Part shown: positions 1 through 7,018 of the stretch, in pieces
Position numbering within the stretch: position 1 is the stretch's first letter
Layout: each line of letters starts with the position of its first letter
Origin: Bacteroidales bacterium
GTDB lineage: Bacteria > Bacteroidota > Bacteroidia > Bacteroidales > UBA1402
Length of the DNA stretch: 64,000 bases
Assembly (NCBI GenBank): GCA_028709215.1
Contig: JAQVXI010000004.1
Location: forward strand, 70,874-134,873
Direction of reading: 5' to 3'
Made by a program: the position numbers and the translations under genes
Notes under the pieces: generated by a model
The model's input: only the letters and a program-made list of their open reading frames with translations
Database searches by the model: none
Told to the model about the DNA's origin: nothing

Positions 1-1335
1 TGCAACGACACAGTCTAACCATCCTTCGCTTAAATTAGCCGCTCTGCACTTGGATGAAAGCACATCTTGACTTATTGCAACAGGTAAACTATTGAGCCTA
101 TTAACATAAACTTTCTCTGCTTCTGTTGCTTCACTTTCTAATTGACTTTTAATAAACGTTTCAAAAGAAGATAATCGTTCTTTAGCATCGTCATTTAATG
201 GTTGATGACACAAAACACACCTTGTGCCATCTCCGATATTGGGGTATCCCGTATTTCTATATGCTTCTTGAAGAGAGAAAGTACGTGCTGCTTCCCATAA
301 AGATTTCCAAACCTGGCTGCCAACGCCCTGCAATTTGGATTTGTTTGCAATAATTTGTGCACTATCTTGGGCTATTTTACGCTTACTAATTGCATCATCC
401 ATTAATCCTTTTGTTGCTTTTCTTGCATCAAGATTTATTTGTATATAAGCCTCTGTAATTTCTCTGATAATTTTGTCGATTTCTGATTTTTGTTTTCTTT
501 TTTCTACTGCACTTTTTGCAGGGTCTTTTTCTTTTAGTCGCTTTTCAAGTTCTAATTTTATTTGTTCATTCGTTTCGTCCCAAATCAATATGCTTGCAAG
601 TTGTGACTCTGTCTGATTCTTATTTAGGTTATTATATACTCTTGAAAAATTTGTTGTTGAATATTCGACAGGAATAGTTGGTAGCGTTTTTACCAATCTT
701 TCACTTTCGTGCTTCAATTCTTGTTCAATTACTGAATAATAACGAGAAAACGCCTCAAAAAGCGCCACGCATTTTGGCGTGTACGCTACGGTATTTGCTC
801 CTTCAATATAACCATTCCCTGTATTCGTATCAAAGACATCAATTCCTGCTAAATCAGATATAGAACTATTGTTTATACTCCATTCTCTTGCTTCCTCAAA
901 ATCATCAATTGTATATTTGATGGTACATTTACTCCCATTAGAACCTTCATTATAAACATTTGGTTTTAAATCCTTGGCACGAGGTTTTCCACTGATCTTT
1001 TTGATGATTTTTGTATAACCAGATTTCCCAGATCCATTAGAGCCATATATCACAATTAGATTTTTATCTTTCTCAAATATCAACGGATTTCGTGGGGCTA
1101 AGCTTTCGATATTCTGAATGGATTCAATGGACAATAATCTAATTTGCTTTTCGTCCGTGGGCTTTACAAAATTTGGAAATGCTTTATCGACGAAGGTTGC
1201 ATTCGATTTTACCATTGTGATAATATCTGAGATGTCGGATTCTTCAATATTTTTTGTAAGAATCCGATATGCCAGTTCGGTTTGCCACCCTTTTAGGGTT
1301 TTAAACCAATCAGTTACCTCTTTCTGTGTATCCAT
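1..1335 (-). CDS. AAA_13-family (PrrC/RloC-like) ABC-type ATPase, N-terminal 445 aa only; the C-terminus lies beyond the left window edge
   Basis: My own minus-strand translation from the ATG at 1335 (absent from the ORF track because it runs off the edge): MDTQKEVTDWFKTLKGWQ... Walker A YGSNGSGKSGYTK (about nt 1021-1044). Long Lys/Glu-rich, coiled-coil-like stretch. CVLC (CxxC, nt 208-219) sits where RloC/Rad50-type zinc hooks occur. Confidence 0.7.
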   Translation of the reverse strand, partial: MDTQKEVTDWFKTLKGWQTELAYRILTKNIEESDISDIITMVKSNATFVDKAFPNFVKPTDEKQIRLLSIESIQNIESLAPRNPLIFEKDKNLIVIYGSNGSGKSGYTKIIKKISGKPRAKDLKPNVYNEGSNGSKCTIKYTIDDFEEAREWSINNSSISDLAGIDVFDTNTGNGYIEGANTVAYTPKCVALFEAFSRYYSVIEQELKHESERLVKTLPTIPVEYSTTNFSRVYNNLNKNQTESQLASILIWDETNEQIKLELEKRLKEKDPAKSAVEKRKQKSEIDKIIREITEAYIQINLDARKATKGLMDDAISKRKIAQDSAQIIANKSKLQGVGSQVWKSLWEAARTFSLQEAYRNTGYPNIGDGTRCVLCHQPLNDDAKERLSSFETFIKSQLESEATEAEKVYVNRLNSLPVAISQDVLSSKCRAANLSEGWLDCVVA

Positions 1336-1637
1336 TTCAGTCCCTTTTTTAATACTAATCACTCGTTTTTCTAACCTCATTCATCTCCCCACAATCACAC
1401 AACCTGAAATTGATACCGTGGTGCCGTTCCAACTTGTGTTCGTGAAAATGTCCGTAATACCAATCGGTTATGTTTGTCTGCCGTTCCTGTAATTTTCAGA
1501 TTTACAGTGCATAAAATTGGTGCAACGCTGTCGCACTTTTCATAAATATTTCCTCATAAGAAAGAAATTCACGAGATAGTTGAGAACATCTATAAAATGT
1601 GAATATGGGCTTTTCTGTCCACACTTTTGGAATACTC

Positions 1638-2087
1638 TCATTTGATTGTTTCATTCTTTTCTGCATTATTTTTTTCTTCAATTGATGGATGCTTACCACC
1701 GCCATGCCACGTGCCAGTAACAAGCCACAGCTCGTAGTGAAATAACCATTCAGAAGTCCATGGAAAAATTGTATGAACCAAATACTTCGAATGATTCCAC
1801 TCATTACCATCTGGATAGTATAAACACAAACATTGTTCCTCGTGAGAATAAATATGGGGTAATTGAGTTTTCCCATTTGCCAATGCCAGTGGTTTAGGAT
1901 TGATAACATAAACAGAAACACCATCTTTAAATGAATAGTTAATTCTAATTCGATACGTCAGACTATTAGGTGTTGGCGTTATATCCCCTTCCCAAATGAT
2001 TTTACGTCCTCCTTTGTGGATAAACTGTCCATTAGGAAAGTATGATTGAATGGATCCAATCTGATGTCTCATTTCTATGCTACTCAT
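1638..2087 (-). CDS. stand-alone E2/UBC-like protein, 149 aa (E2-only CBASS accessory, type II-short style)
   Basis: Track ORF 1638..2141 trimmed to the ATG at 2087 (MSSIEMRHQ...), which overlaps the upstream stop by 8 nt (GATGAGTAG). The segment LPHIYSHEEQCLCLYYPDGNEW resembles the HPN...CL active-site segment of UBC/prokaryotic E2 folds. Trp-rich helix region FPWTSEWLFHYELWLVTGTW. Lies immediately downstream of a CD-NTase. Confidence 0.6.
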   Translation of the reverse strand: MSSIEMRHQIGSIQSYFPNGQFIHKGGRKIIWEGDITPTPNSLTYRIRINYSFKDGVSVYVINPKPLALANGKTQLPHIYSHEEQCLCLYYPDGNEWNHSKYLVHTIFPWTSEWLFHYELWLVTGTWHGGGKHPSIEEKNNAEKNETIK

Positions 2088-3300
2088 CCTCGATGTTCCC
2101 AAAAAAATTGTGACCTGCAACAGTAGTTCTTCCAATCGCACCTAACATACCCGTTGTTGCAGCCATTTTTAACGTACCATTAGAACTTGAATCTTTGGAC
2201 GCTCCTCCGAAGTTGCTAAAAACCGTACTTGTTAAAGTCTCTCCAAACATCTGCTTCATTGTAGTACTTAACTTTGGCAATCCTTGTCCTGAGTCTGCAA
2301 TAAGCACATTTAAATCACTACGCAACTGTTGAATCCATAGATAGAAGTTTTGCTCTTTTTTAGGTTCTTTTTGCCATTTATCAGCAAAATTTTCCTCTGG
2401 ATTTACGGGATTTGCAACCCATTTAACACCCATTCGATCTTCAATATACATAGGCATTTTACGAACAATATTATCCAACGTATCAAAAATAGTGGTCTCA
2501 CCTTGATAGGATCTTGCCGCTAACGTGGTAACAATGATAGAGATTGGCTTGTTTTCATTTCCATCAAACATTATATCCCTATGTCGTTTAAGTAATTGAA
2601 CCACTCTTTGAAGAGGTAGCTTTGTTTTGTTGAATTTTGGAATGGGTGCAATGGAAGCACTTAGTGAGAACGATCTTCTCAATTCTGAAGGCCTTGTTGC
2701 GATGTTAAAAAACCATTTTGCATAACCAAATGGATTGCTTTTGAACCAGTTTTCAATATTTTTTTCTGTATAATAGTCAGATCTTGTTTTATCTGTTATT
2801 CTAATAGCAAGGCTGTCAACATTTTGTTGTTCAATCTCAGAAAAGGATTGCTCAAGAATTCTTTGATAGTTCTCATTTACAAAACAAGGAAGAATATCCA
2901 TGTGATATTTTCCCTTAGCATATTTCAATGTCCAACAACGTTTGCCTTCATTATTCAACATCGATTTGTAGGTGTTATTTTCTTTTATACGATCTCCGAC
3001 TGCGTTTTTCAAGTTATACTGAGTCCAGGCAGAAGGTTTTCGTTTAAGTTGACAGACTAAGTCTATATCTAAATCATCGTCATCAGAAACAGGATGCACC
3101 ATTGTGCCAAGCATAAACGAACCTTGGGGTAAAATCGCTGGATCATATTGTTGTAACGAACTTGAATTATCCGCCAGCCATGTTCCCATAGCTCGATAAC
3201 TAGTAACAATTGCATCATATTCGGTTTCAGTAATGTCTAATGCCTTTCCAAATTCATTGAAAATACTGCTGAATTGATCTTTCTGTGATTCTGTTATCAT
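2080..3300 (-). CDS. cGAS/DncV-like nucleotidyltransferase (CD-NTase; SMODS-type core with AGS-C-like C-terminal half)
   Basis: 406 aa. Pol-beta NTase signature PQGSFMLGTMVHPVSDDDDLDIDLV (GS...DxD), with the third acidic residue in KYHMDILPCF. A Gly/Ser/Thr/Ala-rich tail of about 50 aa. ATGA overlap with the upstream SAVED gene. Confidence 0.8.
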   Translation of the reverse strand: MITESQKDQFSSIFNEFGKALDITETEYDAIVTSYRAMGTWLADNSSSLQQYDPAILPQGSFMLGTMVHPVSDDDDLDIDLVCQLKRKPSAWTQYNLKNAVGDRIKENNTYKSMLNNEGKRCWTLKYAKGKYHMDILPCFVNENYQRILEQSFSEIEQQNVDSLAIRITDKTRSDYYTEKNIENWFKSNPFGYAKWFFNIATRPSELRRSFSLSASIAPIPKFNKTKLPLQRVVQLLKRHRDIMFDGNENKPISIIVTTLAARSYQGETTIFDTLDNIVRKMPMYIEDRMGVKWVANPVNPEENFADKWQKEPKKEQNFYLWIQQLRSDLNVLIADSGQGLPKLSTTMKQMFGETLTSTVFSNFGGASKDSSSNGTLKMAATTGMLGAIGRTTVAGHNFFGNIEDE

Positions 3301-4451
3301 ATTATTTCATTTTTAATCGTGATTACTGGAACATCTTCATCTAAAGCTGTATTATAATCATATAGAACCATTTCCATATCGGCTTTTGGCATCCATACAC
3401 GTCCTAACTCAATCGCACAAGCTACAGGCATTGCCATAAATATGTGTAAAATAGTTTGTCCGGTTGATGTTCTTATTTCATCCAAAACTGACCTTACCAA
3501 GGTGCGAAATTCCGATAATTGTTTTTCACACTTTAGCATATCATTATTGGGGAATTTAGCAGTAAATACCCAGATACTTGCTTGATCACCCAATCGTTCA
3601 CGAATTCGCTTAGAAATAGCATTAGCACTTAACGCAAAGATCAGTACCGTTTTTTTCGTAGTATCAGATGGGCGATTGATAATAAATTCATTTGCCCCAT
3701 CTCTTTCTAACCAATCCCAAGTGTCTGGCTCTCTGTGTTTCTGATAAACCTTAACATTTTGCAAATCAGAGAAGAGCGTTCCTAATTTAACCAATAATGG
3801 CTGAGTAGCTAATCCAAACACAGAAAAAGAGGCTTCTCCAATTTCAGAGATTAGAGGTTTAACCCTCGTGTTAAAAGCTGACACAATTTGCTTTTCGTTG
3901 ACAGCCCAATAGTCATTGGAGTTATCTTTAAATTCAGAGTTTTCAATACCCAAACAAATCGGTTTATCACTAAAAGGAAAATCTCCTTGTTTGAGCATTG
4001 AATTTACAATACTCTCAAAGTTTATTGAGGGGATAACACCTCCAATATTTGCCCCCATCAGAATAATATGTGACTTGTTTTCAGGCTTATATCCGCACAT
4101 CCGTTCAATTCTATCCTCATGATTCTTCTTCATTTCACGAAGACTTTCAACAGAATGTTCCAAATGTTTAGATTCATCAATTCGGTTGTGGCATTCATCG
4201 CACAGGAGCAACAAATTTGATAGATCAAGTTCTAATTCCTTTGACCAAAACCAATGGCCACGGGGTCCATTTTCTTGTGCTGCAACAATATGTGAGATAT
4301 ATGCTTTGTTCATTTGACGTTGAGTCAAAGAATCTTTCCAGAGAGGTGTATTACAATACTCGCATCTACCACCCGCTTTAACCCATAATTTGCAGGAAAC
4401 ATTTGTTGGAATCGATTTCCTAACTCGTTTTATTTTATTATTCTCTGACAT
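3297..4451 (-). CDS. cap5: Cap5-type CBASS effector: N-terminal HNH endonuclease fused to a C-terminal SAVED sensor domain
   Basis: 384 aa. HNH with zinc ligands: GGRCEYCN ... YISHIVAAQENG ... LLLLCDECHNRID. C-terminal SAVED-like pattern: SFSVFGLATQPLLVKLG ... ILHIFMAMPVACAIELGRVW. The start ATG is 2 nt after the hsdM stop. Confidence 0.8.
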   Translation of the reverse strand: MSENNKIKRVRKSIPTNVSCKLWVKAGGRCEYCNTPLWKDSLTQRQMNKAYISHIVAAQENGPRGHWFWSKELELDLSNLLLLCDECHNRIDESKHLEHSVESLREMKKNHEDRIERMCGYKPENKSHIILMGANIGGVIPSINFESIVNSMLKQGDFPFSDKPICLGIENSEFKDNSNDYWAVNEKQIVSAFNTRVKPLISEIGEASFSVFGLATQPLLVKLGTLFSDLQNVKVYQKHREPDTWDWLERDGANEFIINRPSDTTKKTVLIFALSANAISKRIRERLGDQASIWVFTAKFPNNDMLKCEKQLSEFRTLVRSVLDEIRTSTGQTILHIFMAMPVACAIELGRVWMPKADMEMVLYDYNTALDEDVPVITIKNEII

Positions 4452-4453
4452 AT

Positions 4454-5983
4454 TTAAAATCCCAAATCCTTTAAATATTCCTTCATTTTGCCCTGTACTT
4501 CGGCAAGTTCCATTTCCAATGCCGTAATTTCCTGCTGCACCGCTGCAATGTCAATTTCTTCTTCCTCTTCGAACGTATCCACATAGCGGGGAATGTTCAG
4601 ATTAAAGTCGTTCTCTTCGATTTCTTTAAAAGTGGCAACATAAGCATATTTTTCTTCGATCACGCCGGCTTGGATTTCGCCAGCTGAAAATTTCCGATAA
4701 GTAGAAACGATGTGCTCAATATCCTGTGAACGAAGTTTGTTTTGATTCTTGCCGTTTTCAAATTCTTTGCTGGCATCAATAAACAGCACATTAGTCGTCT
4801 TTTTTCCTTTGTTGAACAGGACGATTGCCGCAGGAATACCGGTGCCGAAAAACAGATTGGAGGGTAATCCGATAACAGCCTCCAGTAGATTTTCTTCAAT
4901 GGTTTGACGTCGGATTCTTCCTTCACTCGCTCCACGAAACAGCACCCCATGAGGAACAACAACGCCCACTTTTCCCGTTCCTTCATAAGCCACTTCTATC
5001 ATGTGACTGATAAAAGCCCAGTCGCCTTTACTCTTTGGGGGAACGCCGCGCCAAAAACGATGATAGGGATCGTCGGCAGCTTCATCGGCACCCCATTTAT
5101 CCAAACTGAAGGGAGGGTTTGCCACCACCGTATCGAATTTCATCAAGGAGTCGCCCTCTTTCAGTTTGGGTGTTCGAAGCGTATCGCCCCAGCGAATAGT
5201 GGCACTATCAAAACCGTGAAGAAACATATTCATCATCGCCAGAGCCCAGGTACTGCCGTTTAATTCCTGCCCGTAGAGAGAGAAGTTGTTGCCATCCACC
5301 TCTTGCCCTGCCTTAATCAACAAAGAGCCGGAACCGCATGTGGGGTCGCAGATTCTTGCACCGGGTTTACTTTTAGTCAGTTTGGCCAACAACGAGGAGA
5401 CTTCCGCAGGAGTAAAGAAGTCTCCGGCTTTTTTCCCGGATTCACTGGCAAAGGTGGAAACTAAAAACATATAGGCATCTCCAATCACATCGTTCCCCTC
5501 CAAATGCGATTCGTCAAAGCTCATTTTATCACCCGAAAAATCAATCAATAAGTTCTTCAGGCGTGTATTCTTATCTTTTGTATCCCCAAGATTACTACTG
5601 TTAAAGTCTATGTTGCGGAAAATTCCACTGCCATCTTCACTGCTCATCTTCTCCCGATTAGCCTCTTCAAGATCGGCAAGTGCGATGTTTATTAGCTCTC
5701 CGATCTTGTTATCGTTTCGATGTTCGAACAGGTAGTCAAAGGAACTATTTGAAGGGACTACAAAGCGTTCGTGACGCATGGCCCTGTCTGCTCTTTCTGT
5801 ATCACCGTCATATTTATCTATATACTCACTGTATTTTGACTTATAAACATCACTTACATATTTGATAAACAGCATGGTAAGAATGTAATCCTTGTATTGA
5901 CTGGGGTCTATGACACCTCTGAAAGTGTCACAAGCTTTCCATACGATGCGGTTAATATCTGTTTGATTGATTTTGATTTCCAT
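4454..5983 (-). CDS. hsdM: type I restriction-modification system methyltransferase subunit HsdM
   Basis: 509 aa. HsdM_N-like N-terminus (RIVWKACDTFRGVID). SAM motif I DPTCGSGSLL. Catalytic motif IV VVANPPFS. Confidence 0.92.
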   Translation of the reverse strand: MEIKINQTDINRIVWKACDTFRGVIDPSQYKDYILTMLFIKYVSDVYKSKYSEYIDKYDGDTERADRAMRHERFVVPSNSSFDYLFEHRNDNKIGELINIALADLEEANREKMSSEDGSGIFRNIDFNSSNLGDTKDKNTRLKNLLIDFSGDKMSFDESHLEGNDVIGDAYMFLVSTFASESGKKAGDFFTPAEVSSLLAKLTKSKPGARICDPTCGSGSLLIKAGQEVDGNNFSLYGQELNGSTWALAMMNMFLHGFDSATIRWGDTLRTPKLKEGDSLMKFDTVVANPPFSLDKWGADEAADDPYHRFWRGVPPKSKGDWAFISHMIEVAYEGTGKVGVVVPHGVLFRGASEGRIRRQTIEENLLEAVIGLPSNLFFGTGIPAAIVLFNKGKKTTNVLFIDASKEFENGKNQNKLRSQDIEHIVSTYRKFSAGEIQAGVIEEKYAYVATFKEIEENDFNLNIPRYVDTFEEEEEIDIAAVQQEITALEMELAEVQGKMKEYLKDLGF

Positions 5984-5993
5984 ATAGTTGAAA

Positions 5994-6554
5994 TTATTTT
6001 GTTGCGTTTAATAGTAATTGATTGGATAACTGCCTGGCTTTTTCTGTAATTTGCATACGTAGTGCGTACTCTTTTTCTTGCAATTGGTTACACTGGATTA
6101 TTTTACGTTGTATGTCTATAATAGGTACGTTGATTTCCAATTCTGCCAACATTTCTTTTGTTATGGATGGAGTAGCACTGCCTACGGCATTGAATTGCAA
6201 TTTTTTAAGAACTTGTGGGGTGTTAATGTACCAACATAGATATTCCGGCAAAACAGCAGTACGGCTAACCCTAATCACAAAAAAAGCACTCGATGCAACC
6301 GCTTTGCCCATCGTTTCACGATACAGGACACAAAAATTTGAAGTTCCTTTCGCTGCAAACAATAAATCCTTGTCTATAAGTGTGTATTTCGCTATTTTGC
6401 CACTGTCTATAATGGATGGTTTTAGCTCTCCATCCGCTAAATACGAAGATTTTAAATCTTTCACTTGCAGATACAGCAGGTCTCCATCTGTAACTTCTTT
6501 TTGGTAAGTTCCGGAAGTTATTTCTGCAATATCTGTCAGTTTTATTGTATTCAT
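5994..6554 (-). CDS. hsdS: type I R-M specificity subunit HsdS, half-size (single target-recognition domain plus one conserved helical region), 186 aa
   Basis: Track ORF 5994..6611 trimmed to the ATG at 6554 (MNTIKLTDIAEITSGTY...). One TRD followed by a C-terminal coiled helix (PIIDIQRKIIQCNQLQEKEYALRMQITEKARQLSNQLL). About half the usual ~400 aa. Ends 10 nt upstream of hsdM. Confidence 0.8.
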   Translation of the reverse strand: MNTIKLTDIAEITSGTYQKEVTDGDLLYLQVKDLKSSYLADGELKPSIIDSGKIAKYTLIDKDLLFAAKGTSNFCVLYRETMGKAVASSAFFVIRVSRTAVLPEYLCWYINTPQVLKKLQFNAVGSATPSITKEMLAELEINVPIIDIQRKIIQCNQLQEKEYALRMQITEKARQLSNQLLLNATK

Positions 6555-6581
6555 ATTTTTATCAGTAATAAAATTACGATG

Positions 6582-6589
6582 CAAATATA
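6582..6589 (-). promoter_or_regulatory. Bacteroidetes-type -7 promoter box (TATATTTG) upstream of hsdS
   Basis: The minus strand reads TATATTTG, matching TAnnTTTG, 28 nt upstream of the hsdS ATG at 6554. It is the only consensus box I see ahead of the hsdS-hsdM-CBASS gene string. Confidence 0.45.
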
Positions 6590-7018
6590 TTAAAATTTTA
6601 CATAACAACAAAATAATCTAAGTATATTCATTACTCAAATTACAAGATGTAGCCATGGAATTTACTTCTCTTTAAATATACGGATTGATTTTTAAAGTTT
6701 TTGTCATTCGTAGCATTTACTTTTTAGCTTTAATACTCGATAGAATCGGCAATTCTCGTTACCCAATCTATTTTCTTAACAACTCTACTCTTTCCACCAC
6801 AAACCAGACAACCACCTTCTACAATGATGATTTCAGATCGTTGAATATCTGTGAGAGAAGCTTTCTGACAATGTGCAGATATCTGGAAATCCAATCTTTT
6901 GTTTCATGGTTGGAGATTTAAAGCTGGTAAAGTAAACAAACCAAAACGACATGGCTTGACGTTTATCGGATTAGTTTCACTGTTTTCTATACCCTTTTCC
7001 TTTTGGTCGCTGCGTTTT

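Noticed and set aside
1118-1492. 124-aa plus-strand ORF in the track
   Set aside because: Most of it is antisense to the well-supported AAA_13 ATPase gene, and the rest lies in the AT-rich spacer. It is low-complexity and hydrophobic with no recognisable motif.
1403-1499. Direct repeat TGCCGTTCC (1412-1420 and 1481-1489) and imperfect inverted CTGAAA(A)TT arms in the spacer between the CBASS cassette and the ATPase gene
   Set aside because: The repeats are short (9 bp) and imperfect. They do not form a clean hairpin plus T-run, so chance occurrence cannot be excluded.
1655-1924. N-terminal part of the 140-aa minus-strand track ORF (1502..1924)
   Set aside because: It lies in an alternative frame entirely inside the E2-like gene. 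Only the last 50 codons (reported as a low-interest finding) fall outside a better-supported CDS.
6022-6507. 161-aa plus-strand ORF
   Set aside because: It is antisense to hsdS and has no motif. It looks like a chance frame in AT-rich DNA.
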